A stretch of 22,214 nt of DNA from assembly GCA_964499705.1 (NCBI GenBank), contig CAZCME010000020.1, positions 62,001 through 84,214 of the forward strand, written 5' to 3'. Of the stretch, positions 6,325 through 17,100 are shown in pieces. The position numbers and the translations under genes were made by a program. Source of the DNA: an uncultured bacterium. Its GTDB lineage: Bacteria > UBA8481. The notes beneath the pieces were generated by a model, which had not been told where the DNA came from, made no database searches, and saw only the letters and a program-made list of their open reading frames with translations. Each line of letters begins with the position of its first letter. Positions within the stretch are counted from its first letter, which is position 1.

Positions 6325-8496
6325 ATGTCGACCCGCCGCCTGCAATTGGCCCTCCTGGGAATCGTCGTTCTTCTCGGCGTCGTCGCGGCTTTGGCAGGTG
6401 ACGAGTCGCGGAAGAGCGATCCCGGATCGGGTGGCGCGTCGGTCGACCAGGATTCCGTTTCCTCTTCACGCTCTGAGGATCCTTCCTGGCTTCAGTTGCA
6501 GCCCTGGTCGGGCGCCGCGCTGTCCGTGAACGCCTGGCGGCTCGATCGGAATCGGCCGCTCTCCAGCGAAGCCCCCACGTTCACTCCCGTCGATCATGCT
6601 CTTTCTCCTCCCTCGCAATGGCGTGGATTTTCCGGCCCGAAACCGACGAACTCCTTCTGGGGAAATCTCGCCGTCGATGCGGGCGATCAACCCGTCAATC
6701 TTCTCCCGTATGTGGTCCGCGTCCGGAAGGATCGGCTGATCATCAGCGCTCCGAAGCTCTCCACCGGAGAACGCGCCGTCGTCTCGTCCGCGGATGAGGA
6801 CCTCGAGATCAGGGGCCGTGGCGCGCAGTCATGGAACATCCGTTCCTTCGACGATTTCGCCGTCACGCTGGAATGGCGTGACGGGGACCGTTCGCTCATG
6901 TCCGCTCCGCTCGTGCGCGGCGCGCCTTTCATCTCGATGCGCATGGACCGGGCCGTGGCGGAAATCTCGCCCGGTCGCGGCAGAGTCCTGATCTCTTGCG
7001 ATGCGCCCGTTGCGCCGGCCGGCCGGGCTCTGCTTCGATTCAACAACGGCCAGGCGTGGGCGATCTACGGCCCTCCAGGAACAACATGGAAGGAAGAGGC
7101 GGGCGTTCTGGTTTCCGCCGCGCCGGTGACGGGTTTCATCCGCGTCGCTCTTGCCGTCGACACCGCCGCGCTCGAACACCTGGATGCGCATGCGTCGGCG
7201 ATCCCGGTGGGGGGGACGATGGAAGCCGCGATCGACGGGGAGACGGCCTTTGTCCAGTTCGCATGGAAGAAGGAGGGCGATGGCCCGCTCATGATGATGG
7301 CGCTTCCTCATCATCTATCGCGGATCCATGACCGGCTTCTGCCCGTCACTTCGCCGCGGACGATCCGAGGGACGATGACCGCTGTTGAAGGCGATACATG
7401 GCATATGCATTATTCCCTCAAGCCGATCGGCTGGGCATCATCCCGGCCCGTGAAACCGGAACGCGTGGCCGAGATCCGCAGCGCGCTCGCGAAAGATGCG
7501 GCCGCGACAACCTATTCGGGCGCCGCGAACGAGAATGCCTACTTCGGCGGCAAGGAACTGGCGCGCACGGCACGGCTCATCACGATCGCGCGGGAACTCG
7601 GCGATGAGAATGTGATTCGCGACCTCGCGAAATCATTACTTCCGCATGTGGAATCGTGGCTCGATGCGACCGGCCCCGCGCCTCTTGTCTACGATCGCAC
7701 ATGGGGAGGGGTCGCTTCGAATCGAGGCATCCTGGACAGGCACGCCGATTTCGGAGCGGGATATTACAACGATCATCATTTTCATTACGGCTATATTCTT
7801 CATGCGGCGGCGGTTCTCGCGGACCTCGATCCGGTTTGGGGTGCCGCTCACCGCGAGTCGATCCTCTCGCTGGCGCGTGACATCACCAATCCCAGCGCCG
7901 CCGACGGGCATTTTCCCTCTTTCCGCCACATGGATTGGTTTGAGGGTCACTCCTGGGCGGCCGGCCTTTTTTCCTTCGGCGACAATCGCAACCAGGAATC
8001 CGTCTCCGAGGCGGTCAACGCATGGTATGCCTGCCAGCTCGCCGGTGCAGCGCTGAAGCACATTGACCTGGAGAATATCGGTCGGCTGGCCGCCGCCGTC
8101 GAAGCGGTATCCGCGCGAGAATATTATTTCGTCATGCCCGAAAGCGAAATCTACGGCGAGCCCTTCCGCGGATTCGGCGTCGTCGGGATCCTCTGGTCCA
8201 CGAAGGTGGACGCGACGACTTTCTTCGGAGCGCAACCGGAGTTCGTCTACGGCATCCAGATGCTCCCCATCACGCCCGCGTCGGAATTGTATCTCGATCC
8301 GGCCTGGATCGCGGCGCGTCGCGGGAAAATCCTGGAGATCGCCCGCACGGCTCCGCCGGAGTGGAGAGGATTTCTTCTCCTCGGAGCCGGCGTGACCGAT
8401 CCGGATAGCATCTGGAAGGAAGTCGCCGGCCTCCCGGTGTTCGATGGAGGTAACAGCCTTACGAACTCCCTGCACTGGCTCGCGACGCGGCCGTGA
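6325..8496 (+). CDS. Glycoside hydrolase family 81 endo-1,3-beta-glucanase, exported or anchored
   Basis: GH81 motifs PTNSFW, YFGGKELAR, YYNDHHFHYGY, HSWAAG, RNQESVSEAVN, GIQMLPITP; hydrophobic N-terminus after ATG 6325 (ORF track begins at GTG 6307). Confidence 0.9.
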   Translation: MSTRRLQLALLGIVVLLGVVAALAGDESRKSDPGSGGASVDQDSVSSSRSEDPSWLQLQPWSGAALSVNAWRLDRNRPLSSEAPTFTPVDHALSPPSQWRGFSGPKPTNSFWGNLAVDAGDQPVNLLPYVVRVRKDRLIISAPKLSTGERAVVSSADEDLEIRGRGAQSWNIRSFDDFAVTLEWRDGDRSLMSAPLVRGAPFISMRMDRAVAEISPGRGRVLISCDAPVAPAGRALLRFNNGQAWAIYGPPGTTWKEEAGVLVSAAPVTGFIRVALAVDTAALEHLDAHASAIPVGGTMEAAIDGETAFVQFAWKKEGDGPLMMMALPHHLSRIHDRLLPVTSPRTIRGTMTAVEGDTWHMHYSLKPIGWASSRPVKPERVAEIRSALAKDAAATTYSGAANENAYFGGKELARTARLITIARELGDENVIRDLAKSLLPHVESWLDATGPAPLVYDRTWGGVASNRGILDRHADFGAGYYNDHHFHYGYILHAAAVLADLDPVWGAAHRESILSLARDITNPSAADGHFPSFRHMDWFEGHSWAAGLFSFGDNRNQESVSEAVNAWYACQLAGAALKHIDLENIGRLAAAVEAVSAREYYFVMPESEIYGEPFRGFGVVGILWSTKVDATTFFGAQPEFVYGIQMLPITPASELYLDPAWIAARRGKILEIARTAPPEWRGFLLLGAGVTDPDSIWKEVAGLPVFDGGNSLTNSLHWLATRP

Positions 8497-8513
8497 TCTC
8501 CGCCGGACCGCGA

Positions 8514-8542
8514 TTTACACAATCCGCATGAAATGACAGAAT
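8514..8542 (+). promoter_or_regulatory. Sigma-70-type promoter for ligase-carbamoyltransferase-GT2 operon
   Basis: TTTACA-N17-CAGAAT with TGn extension, 13 nt before the ATG at 8556. Confidence 0.45.
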
Positions 8543-8555
8543 CACCCCCATTTTC

Positions 8556-9719
8556 ATGAAGAATCCCGGGAAATATATTCTGCCACTCTTCGCATTTCTC
8601 CTGGTCGTTTCGCTCGCGGGCGCCTCGATCGGCGCCGGCGTCATGATTCTCCTGGCGATCGCCCAGGTGTGTCGATCTCCGGGGATGGGCGAAAGGTTGC
8701 GGGAGACCGGGGAATTCCGGTGCGAGAGCACTGACGTTACCCGTCTCCTCTGGATTATTTCGCTCTGCTTCATCGCGGCGTTGGCGGTGCTGGACGCGGC
8801 GCAGAACGGATGGACCGGGTTCGTCCAGGCGATCCGTGAAACATGGACGATCCTCGTTCTTCCGGCCACGGCCTCGCTTGTGACGGAACGGAGCCGCGAG
8901 CTTTCGGCGCGCGTCCTGCTGTACGGTTTCTGCGGAGCCGCGCTTGTCTTCCTGTATTTCTACGCGACCACCGATCCCGCGATCGAGGGCCACTATGGTT
9001 TTCATTCGGCTCCGTACGCCTTCGCTATCATGCTGGCCGCGCCATCCTGGCTGGCGATGTGCCGCCACAGGATCCGCATCTCCGAGATCGCGCTCTGGAT
9101 GCTCCTGGCCGTCGCGCTTTTTCTCGTGAACACCCGCGGCGTCATCATCGCCTGGCTCGCGGGTTCCGCGCTCTTCCTCGCGTTTTTTCCCCGCGAGAAA
9201 CGCATTCCCCGCCGCGTCGTCGCGCTGCTCCTGCTGCTCGTCCTCTTCTTCGGCGCATGGAAGGCGCAGCGATGGCAGCTTCTGGATATCGAGAAGCAGC
9301 ATTCGATCCAGCAGCGGTTCGCGATCTGGGCGCAGGTGATCGAGGAATTTGGGGAACAGCCGATCTTCGGTTACGGATTCAATCGCTTCAGAGCGGACCC
9401 TTCGCGCGTCGGGGAGAAATACAGGAGCTATCTCGACAACCAGACCAATCCGCACAGCGGATACCTGATGATGCTGCACGCCGGTGGAATGTTCGGGTTT
9501 CTTCTCCTGTGGGCGGTATACGGTTCGCTCTTTTATCTGCTGCTCCGTCGCGCGCGGATTCATCGCGATACGTTTGCTCTTGTCGCGGCTTCGAATATGC
9601 TGGCGATCATGATCGGAGCCTTCGGGGACAAAACATTCTTCATGACGCTGCCTGTCCTGCAGAACTGGTTCCTGGCGGGCTTGGCGCTCGGTGGTTCCCG
9701 GGGCGAGTCGCGGCCATGA
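8556..9719 (+). CDS. O-antigen ligase/polymerase (Wzy_C) family membrane protein
   Basis: Multiple TM helices; NTRG, SIQQRFAIW, PIFGYG and NPHSGYLMMLHAGGMFG motifs. Confidence 0.85.
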   Translation: MKNPGKYILPLFAFLLVVSLAGASIGAGVMILLAIAQVCRSPGMGERLRETGEFRCESTDVTRLLWIISLCFIAALAVLDAAQNGWTGFVQAIRETWTILVLPATASLVTERSRELSARVLLYGFCGAALVFLYFYATTDPAIEGHYGFHSAPYAFAIMLAAPSWLAMCRHRIRISEIALWMLLAVALFLVNTRGVIIAWLAGSALFLAFFPREKRIPRRVVALLLLLVLFFGAWKAQRWQLLDIEKQHSIQQRFAIWAQVIEEFGEQPIFGYGFNRFRADPSRVGEKYRSYLDNQTNPHSGYLMMLHAGGMFGFLLLWAVYGSLFYLLLRRARIHRDTFALVAASNMLAIMIGAFGDKTFFMTLPVLQNWFLAGLALGGSRGESRP

Positions 9720-11446
9720 TCGTGCTGGGACTGGGCGGCGCGTTCGGCCACGATCCGTCCGCGGCGCTTCTCGTTGATGGCAGGCTCGTCGCGGCGGCCG
9801 AGGAGGAACGCTTCCGCCGCGTCAAGCACGCGCATGGAATTCCCGCGTCGCAGGCGGCGCGGTTCTGCCTCAAGCAGGCCGGCCTCACGCCGGACGATGT
9901 TCAGATCGTCGCGTTTCCTTTCTCGGCGGCGACGCAGGAACGCCAGCGGTCCCGCTACGCGGCGCGCGTCCGGTCTCATAATCCCGTCCGCGCGGTCCGG
10001 GCCTTCACGGAGCACAACCGGAAGATTGCGAAGAAGCGCGCCTACCTGGAGCGGACGCTGCGGGAAATCGGGATCGATTCGCGCCGCGTTCGTGTGGAGG
10101 AGATCGATCACCATCTCGCGCATGCCTCCAGCGCTTTCCACCTCTCGGGCTGGGATTCCGCCGCGATCCTGTCCCTGGACGGTGCGGGCGAATACACGAC
10201 GACCTTGATCGCCGAGGGGAGAGCGGACGGATCGATCCGCGAGATCGCGACCTTCGTCGAGCCGGACTCTCTGGGAAATTACTTCGCGGGCATCACGGAA
10301 TTCCTCGGCTTTCTCCCGAACGACGGCGAGTTCAAGGTGATGGGCATGGCGCCGTACGGCGATCCTTCGAAGGTGGACATGAGCTTCGCGCTGACGTGGG
10401 GCGGAGGATCCTACCGCGTGGAGGACGGCTATTTCTGGGCGCCCTGGTGGAGACGCGCATCGACGGCTGGAGGCGAAGCGAAGTCATTGAACTGCGACAG
10501 GAGGCTTCTGGAGAAACTGGGGCCTCCGCGGCGGGGTGACGACATGCTGGAGCCGTACATCCACATTGCGGCCGCGGTGCAGAAGCAGCTCGAAGAAGTG
10601 GTCGTGCATCTCCTGGAGCATCATCTCTCCGATGTCCTGAAGCAATGCGGAGGAAGGCTCTGCGTCGCGGGCGGTTGCGCTCTCAATGTGAAGATGAACC
10701 AGGTGCTCCTGAACCATCCCCTTGTCTCGGAGATCTTCGTCCAGCCCGTGGCCAACGATGCCGGAACTTCTCTCGGGGCCGCGACGTTCGCGGCCTGGCG
10801 GGAGGGGGATCGGATCGAGCCGATGCGTCATCTTTACCTCGGGCCTGAATTCACGAATGAAGAAATCGAGCTCGCTCTGCGCCATTCCGGCCTTCCTCAT
10901 GCCCGGAGCGACGCGATCGAAAACTGTGTCGCCGAGATGCTGGCGAACGGCCAGGTCGTCGCCTGGTTCCAGGGACGAATGGAATTCGGTCCGCGGTCGC
11001 TGGGTAACCGGTCGATTCTCGCGAACCCGTCATACAAGGGGATGGCCGACGAAATCAACGTGCAGATCAAGTTCCGGGAGAAGTGGCGTCCCTTCTGCCC
11101 GTCCGTGCATCCCGATCACGCGGAAGAAGTGCTCGGGTCGCGGCATCCATCGCCCTATATGATCCTGGCCTTCAACGCCTGCGCGGCGAGCCGCAACAAG
11201 ATCGCCGAGGCGGTGCACATCGACGGCACGATCCGGCCGCAGGTGATCGATCGCGCCGCGAATCCGCGCTATTTCCAGGTCATCAACCGTTTCCACGAAA
11301 TGACCGGCGTTCCCGCTCTCATCAATACCTCGCTGAACCGGCGCGGCGAACCGATGATCTGCCGTCCGGAAGAAGCGATTGCGATGTTCCTGGGTTCGGG
11401 ACTTCAGCATCTGGCGATGGGAGACTATCTCGTGGGGAAGAGCTGA
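9716..11446 (+). CDS. O-carbamoyltransferase, NodU/CmcH/TobZ family (576 aa)
   Basis: Start MIVLGLGG at 9716 (ATGA overlap with ligase stop); HDPSAAL, EEERFRRVKH, HHLAHASSAF, DGAGE, KVMGMAPYG, AGGCALN, GRMEFGPRSLGNRS, KFREKWRPF and NTSLN motifs. Confidence 0.93.
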   Translation: MIVLGLGGAFGHDPSAALLVDGRLVAAAEEERFRRVKHAHGIPASQAARFCLKQAGLTPDDVQIVAFPFSAATQERQRSRYAARVRSHNPVRAVRAFTEHNRKIAKKRAYLERTLREIGIDSRRVRVEEIDHHLAHASSAFHLSGWDSAAILSLDGAGEYTTTLIAEGRADGSIREIATFVEPDSLGNYFAGITEFLGFLPNDGEFKVMGMAPYGDPSKVDMSFALTWGGGSYRVEDGYFWAPWWRRASTAGGEAKSLNCDRRLLEKLGPPRRGDDMLEPYIHIAAAVQKQLEEVVVHLLEHHLSDVLKQCGGRLCVAGGCALNVKMNQVLLNHPLVSEIFVQPVANDAGTSLGAATFAAWREGDRIEPMRHLYLGPEFTNEEIELALRHSGLPHARSDAIENCVAEMLANGQVVAWFQGRMEFGPRSLGNRSILANPSYKGMADEINVQIKFREKWRPFCPSVHPDHAEEVLGSRHPSPYMILAFNACAASRNKIAEAVHIDGTIRPQVIDRAANPRYFQVINRFHEMTGVPALINTSLNRRGEPMICRPEEAIAMFLGSGLQHLAMGDYLVGKS

Positions 11447-11447
11447 G

Positions 11448-12293
11448 GTGTTTTCGCTCTCCGTAATCGTCTCCACCTACAACTCGCCCCGTTATCTCGA
11501 GCTCGTTCTCCGGGGGCTCGAAGCGCAGACGGACCGGAGCTTCGAATGCATCATCGCGGATGACGGATCCGGTCCCGGAACGGAAGAAGTCGTCGAAGCG
11601 TTTCGCAGGAAGCTGAATATCATTCATTCCTGGCAGGCGGATGAAGGATTTCGGCTGGCGGCGAGCCGGAATCGCGCGCTGGCGATCGCCGGCGGAGACC
11701 TGGTCGCGTTCCTGGACGGCGACTGCATTCCATCGCCGCGGTACGTCGCGGACATCCGCGAGACCGCCGCACAAGCCTGCGGCGACGCAAAGTCCGGCGC
11801 CTACCTTCAGGGCCACCGCGTAATTCTCGATGCGGCCATGTCCGTAAGGTCCTTGAATGTCGGGGAGATTTTCGCCCCCGGATGGATCTTCCGTCATCGC
11901 GCGCATCTCTCCAACAAGACGAATGCGCTCCGCTTTCCGTTCCCTCTTAACCGGCACAGCAACCTGAAAGGCGTCCGGGGTTGCCACATGGTCTTCTTCG
12001 CGGCCGATCTGCACGCCGTAAACGGATTCGACGAGGAGTTCGAAGGATGGGGTCATGAGGATCGCGACCTGGTTCGGCGCCTCTATCGCCACGGCGTCGA
12101 CCGGATCGATCTGCGCGGTCGGGCCGTCATTTACCACCTGTATCATCCCGAGCATGCGCGCGACGAAGAAACGGAAAACCTGTCGCGGGCCATGGAGGAG
12201 CGGCCGGTGAGGGCGGGAAGGGGATTCAGGAATTCCCAATGTCCAAGGCTACGGCGAGCTTCATCATGCCGGATTCACCTGACCGGATCTTGA
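11448..12293 (+). CDS. Glycosyltransferase family 2 (with galactosyltransferase-like C-terminus)
   Basis: GTG start 1 nt after the carbamoyltransferase stop; LSVIVSTYN, IIADDGS, FLDGDCIP (DxD) and GFDEEFEGWGHEDRDL motifs. Confidence 0.9.
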   Translation: MFSLSVIVSTYNSPRYLELVLRGLEAQTDRSFECIIADDGSGPGTEEVVEAFRRKLNIIHSWQADEGFRLAASRNRALAIAGGDLVAFLDGDCIPSPRYVADIRETAAQACGDAKSGAYLQGHRVILDAAMSVRSLNVGEIFAPGWIFRHRAHLSNKTNALRFPFPLNRHSNLKGVRGCHMVFFAADLHAVNGFDEEFEGWGHEDRDLVRRLYRHGVDRIDLRGRAVIYHLYHPEHARDEETENLSRAMEERPVRAGRGFRNSQCPRLRRASSCRIHLTGS

Positions 12294-12861
12294 TCTCGGG
12301 AACGACCCGCGTTGCGTCGGCGGCTCCGGCGAGGCCGCCGAGAAGGGCTCCGATTTCCGCGCGGCGCTGGTTGCCCTGGTGGCCGAGTATCGCTCCAAGA
12401 AGGATGCTGCCTGTCATGATCCGGGCGTTGGACGCTGGGCTTCGTTCCTTGAGAGCAGGGCTCACGAGAGACAGGGACGCGGCCTTTCCGGAGAGTCGGT
12501 TGAAGTCCACGGTCAGATGGGGCAGGCCGGTATCGCAAGGGCCCGTAGTCGTCGAAGTGATCTGGCCGGAGATCGGCGTTCCTGAGGGGATCGCGATTTT
12601 TCCTCCGATCCAGATGTCGCGGGCGACTTTGGCCGTCACGATGTCGCCCGTGCGGGACTTGACGCTTGTGACTTCGGATGTGAACGTGACCGGAATTTCG
12701 GTGCCCGCGGGTATGATCGTGTTCTGCTGAACGGAAGAAAGAGTGCTCGCTGACACGGCATCGGTGAACGGTTTCGCGACCAGAGTCGCGGTGAAGGCGT
12801 TGTGGGTCGCGTAGAGAGTGAAGATCGTGCCGAGGGCCATGATCGATCGGGAAGTTCGCAT
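12226..12861 (-). CDS. Secreted hypothetical protein with TrbI/VirB10-like beta domain and glycine zipper
   Basis: Signal-like N-terminus; IPAGTEIPV...SRTGD...IAIPSGTPISGQI beta pattern; GSILLGAILG...IGALLGGLAG glycine zipper. Confidence 0.7.
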   Translation of the reverse strand: MRTSRSIMALGTIFTLYATHNAFTATLVAKPFTDAVSASTLSSVQQNTIIPAGTEIPVTFTSEVTSVKSRTGDIVTAKVARDIWIGGKIAIPSGTPISGQITSTTTGPCDTGLPHLTVDFNRLSGKAASLSLVSPALKERSPASNARIMTGSILLGAILGHQGNQRRAEIGALLGGLAGAADATRVVPEIKIRSGESGMMKLAVALDIGNS

Positions 12862-12953
12862 GGTGATTTAATCGAGGTTTCCCGAGAAATGTTGAGTCTT
12901 TTCTGGAGCTGAAACTCGGCCAGTAGGAGGCTTTGCGCAGGTTTGAAACCTGC

Positions 12954-12962
12954 TGTGGATAA
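12954..12962. promoter_or_regulatory. Consensus DnaA box upstream of carA
   Basis: TGTGGATAA (reverse complement TTATCCACA), just upstream of a candidate extended -10 TGA-TATTGT at 12968-12976. Confidence 0.45.
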
Positions 12963-13020
12963 CGGTTTGATATTGTGCGGGACATTTCGCTCCGGAGACG
13001 GCATCATTCCACCCCGACTT

Positions 13021-14127
13021 ATGGTCGGGCCATCCCCACAGCTTAACTCAAGCGCTTTTCTCGCGCTCGAAGACGGAAGCCTCTTCCGTGGCCTCACCCT
13101 GGGATGCGTCGGCGAGACGGAGGGCGAGCTGGTCTTCAACACGTCCCACGCCGGCTACCAGGAAATCCTGACCGACCCCTCCTACAAGCGCCAGATCATC
13201 TGCATGGCGTTTCCACCCATGGGGAACTACAGCTTCACGGAGGACGCGGCGGAGTCGGGCGGCGTGCATGTTGCGGGATTCATCGTGGCGGACAGTTCGC
13301 GCGTGACGTCCCATGGACGAGGCGGTCTCACTCTCGACGAATATCTCCGGCGGCACAACGTCGTCGGCATGACCGGTGTCGACACGCGCGCGATCGTGCG
13401 TCGCGTCCGGACGCGGGGAGCAATGCGCGCGGTCATCAGTTCCGTTTCGAACGATCCCGCCGCGCTCGTGAATCGGGCGCGCGGGGCTTCCGCCATGGCC
13501 GGAGCCGATCTCGTCAGGGAACTTGAACACGACCGGGCGATTCGAGTCGTCCATCCCGGCGGAAAAATTCCGATCGCGCTCCTCGATTGCGGCGTGAAGC
13601 AGGGCATCGTCGACTCGCTGGTTCGACGCGATTGCCGCGTCACGATTTTCCCGTCCGATTCGAAAGCGCAGGATCTCCTTGCGTCAATGCCCGCGGGAGT
13701 GCTCCTCTCCAATGGCCCCGGCGATCCCGCCGCGCTGCCCGGAATCGTAACGGAAGTTCGCGCGCTGATCGGCAAAGTTCCGATCTTCGGAATCTGCCTC
13801 GGTCATCAATTGCTCGGGCTGGCGGCGGGAGGCAAGACATACAAGCTTCCCTTCGGCCACCGTGGAGGAAATCATCCGGTACTGGATCTCCGGACGAATG
13901 CAATCGTCATCACAAGCCAGAACCACGGCTTCGCCGTCGATGTTGATTCCCTGCCGGAAGGCACGATCGCGACGGAGACGAACCTGTACGACGGAACCAA
14001 CGAAGGAATCGAACTGGTCGGCCGGCAGGCGTTCTCGGTGCAGTATCACCCGGAGGCGCGGCCGGGACCGCTGGAGTCAGCGGAGAGGTTCGAAAGGTTT
14101 CTGGAGATGGTGGGAAAGCATGCCTAG
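13021..14127 (+). CDS. carA: Carbamoyl-phosphate synthase small subunit
   Basis: [41 protein letters not shown] (catalytic Cys), SQNHGFAV and QYHPE; start codon uncertain (ATG 13021 chosen). Confidence 0.96.
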   Translation: MVGPSPQLNSSAFLALEDGSLFRGLTLGCVGETEGELVFNTSHAGYQEILTDPSYKRQIICMAFPPMGNYSFTEDAAESGGVHVAGFIVADSSRVTSHGRGGLTLDEYLRRHNVVGMTGVDTRAIVRRVRTRGAMRAVISSVSNDPAALVNRARGASAMAGADLVRELEHDRAIRVVHPGGKIPIALLDCGVKQGIVDSLVRRDCRVTIFPSDSKAQDLLASMPAGVLLSNGPGDPAALPGIVTEVRALIGKVPIFGICLGHQLLGLAAGGKTYKLPFGHRGGNHPVLDLRTNAIVITSQNHGFAVDVDSLPEGTIATETNLYDGTNEGIELVGRQAFSVQYHPEARPGPLESAERFERFLEMVGKHA

Positions 14128-17100
14128 GCGCACCGACATCTCGTCCATTCTTCTCATCGGAGCCGGACCCATCATCATCGGGCAGGCCTGCGAGTTCGAT
14201 TATTCCGGCACACAGGCGGCGAAGGCATTGAAGCGCGAGGGTTACCGCGTCATTCTCGTCAACTCCAACCCGGCGACGATCATGACCGATCCCGAGATGG
14301 CCGACGCGACCTACATCGAGCCGCTCACGGTGGAATCGGTCGAGAAGATCATCGCGATCGAGAAACCGGACGCGATCATCTCCACGATGGGCGGGCAGAC
14401 GGCTCTCAATCTCGCGAAAGGGCTTCATGAAGCCGGCGTCCTGGACCGGCACGGCGTGAAGCTCATCGGCGCCGGATTCGAGGCGATCAGGAAGGGCGAG
14501 GACCGCGAGGCGTTCCGCGTGGTCTGTTCGGAAGCGGGAGTCGAGGTTCCGCGCGCCGTCGTGGCCCGAACCATCGAGGATGGTCTCCGGATCTCGGCGG
14601 ATCTTTCGTATCCCGTCGTGCTGAGACCGGCCTTCACCCTGGGCGGAACCGGATCGGGCATCGCGCGCTCGGAGGACGAGCTCCGGTCGATGCTCGGCAT
14701 CGGGCTCCTCGCGTCCCCCGTCGGCGAAGTGCTCGTGGAGGAATGTCTCCTGGGCTGGCTGGAGTATGAGCTCGAAGTGATGCGCGACGCCGCCGACCGG
14801 TGCGTCGTCATCTGCGTCATCGAGAATGTCGATCCGATGGGAGTCCACACCGGCGATTCCGTGACCGTCGCGCCCGCCATGACCCTGTCGGACCACCTGT
14901 ATCAGAAGATGCGCGACGCGTCGTTCGCGATCATGCGGGGCGTGGGCGTGGAGACGGGCGGCTCCAATGTCCAGTTCGCGCTTCAGCCCGGGACCGGCCG
15001 GATCGTCGCGATCGAGATGAATCCCCGCGTCTCGCGCTCGTCGGCGCTGGCGTCGAAGGCGACGGGTTTTCCCATCGCGAAGATCGCGGCGCTCCTGGCC
15101 GCGGGGTATCTTCTCGACGAGATCGACAACGACATCACGGGAAGGACGAAGGCCGCGTTCGAGCCCGCCCTGGATTACGTCGTCACGAAGATCCCGCGCT
15201 TTGCGTTCGAGAAATTCAAGGAAGCCGATCAGACGCTGACGACTTCCATGAAGTCTGTCGGAGAAGTCATGGCGATCGGGCGGAATTTTCCCGAGAGCCT
15301 TCAGAAGGCTCTGCGGGGCCTGGAGATCGGCCGGAACGGGCTGGCGGCGGACGGCAAGGGGCTCGATGCAGTCACGAGAGTCATGGTGAAGAAGGACGGA
15401 GATGATCCCGTCCGTCGGGAATTCACGCAGGAAGTGCTCTACAAGATCAAGATGCCGAACTGCGACCGGCTCTTCAATATCAAATACGCGTTGATGCTGG
15501 GCGTCGCCGCCGAGGAGATCGCGACGTTATCCGGCATCGATATCTGGTTCATCTGCCAGATCGAGCGCCTCGTCGATTTCGAGGCGGTCGTCGCCCGGGA
15601 AGGTCTCGACGATACCCGGCTCGCCGAAGCCAAGAGGCTAGGCTATTCCGATGCGCAACTGGATTTCCTGTCCGGACCGGACAGCGCGGCGGGCTCCACC
15701 AGGAATCGCCGAACGGCCGCCGGCATCGAGCGGGTCTACAAGTGCGTCGATACGTGTGCCGGAGAATTCGAAGCGGTCACGCCGTATTTCTACGGGACGT
15801 TCGGCGATGAAACCGAAGCGGTTCCGTCGGGCCGGGAGGCCGTCATGATTCTCGGGAGCGGACCGAACCGGATCGGGCAGGGGATCGAGTTCGATTGCTG
15901 TTGCTGCCACGCGGCATATGCGTTGCGGGAGGATGGATACGAAGTCGTCATGGTGAATTCCAATCCGGAGACCGTCTCCACCGACTACGACACATCCGAC
16001 AAGCTCTTCTTCGAGCCGGTCGTCGTGGAGGATGTCCTCGACATCGGCAAGGCGACGAATGCCGTCGGAGCGATCGTCTCGATCGGCGGGCAGACTCCGT
16101 TGTCGATCGCGCACGGCATCGAGGCGGGCGGGATCAGGATTCTCGGCACGAGCGTCGCGTCGATCGACCGCGCGGAGGATCGCGAACTCTTTGCGACGCT
16201 TGTGCATAAGCTCGGCTTGAAGCAGCCCGCCAACGCCACGGTCCGAGGCATCGAGGATGCGCTCCGCGTCGCCGGGAAGATCGGCTATCCCATTCTCGTC
16301 CGCCCGTCGTACGTCCTCGGAGGCCGCGCGATGCAGGTGGCCTATTCCGAATCCGAGCTTCGGCTCCTGGCGCAGGAGGCGCTCGATGCTTCCGACGGCA
16401 GGCCGCTCCTCATCGACCAGTATCTCGATCAAGCGCTGGAAGCCGACGTCGACGCGCTCTCGGACGGCCGCGCGACGGCGATCGCGGGAGTGATGGAACA
16501 CGTCGAGCCCGCGGGCATTCATTCCGGCGATTCGGCCGGCTCGTTCCCGGCCTATACGTTTTCCCCGGACATCGTAGAGAGAATGAAGGATGCGACGCGG
16601 AAGTTCGCGAAAGAGTTGGAAGTCTGCGGCCTCATCAATGTCCAGTTCGCGGTCAAAGGCGGCGAGATCTACGTGATTGAAGTGAATCCCCGCGCGTCGA
16701 GGACGGTTCCGTTCCTGGAGAAGGCGACGGGCGTGAAGTGGGCCGGCGCCGCGGCCCGCGTCATGATGGGGCGGACGCTGGCGGACCTGAAGATCACCGA
16801 CGGCGATCCCCGGGGATATTTCTACATCAAGGAAGTCGTCCTGCCGTTCAACCGCTTCGAGAATGTCGATCCGGTCCTGTCTCCGGAGATGAAATCGACG
16901 GGCGAAGTGATGGGGATCGGGCTCACCTTCGCGGAAGCCTACCTGAAGGCGCAGCTGGCCGCGGGAAATCGCCTTCCGAAACGCGGCGGCGTCCTGCTGA
17001 CGATCACCGACCGCGACAAGGAACCGGCCGTCGCGCTCGCGCGCGATCTTTCGTCGCTCGGGTTCGATCTGTTTGGAACTCCGGGGACGTCGAAGTTCAT

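Noticed and set aside
8843-9715. Apparent 867-aa carbamoyltransferase fusion
   Set aside because: The extension is an alternative frame of the O-antigen ligase gene; family homology begins at MIVLGL (9716) with ATGA coupling.
12226-12861. Type IV secretion system implied by the VirB10-like domain
   Set aside because: No other conjugation genes nearby; such stand-alone domain proteins are common.
12862-13020. Replication origin at the DnaA box
   Set aside because: Only one box, no AT-rich unwinding element and no dnaA/dnaN/gidA context.
13862-14119. N-terminal extensions of CarB (13862) and of the methyltransferase (16738)
   Set aside because: Shadow frames of carA and carB; canonical CarB starts at MPRR (14120) and the methyltransferase at or after 17404.
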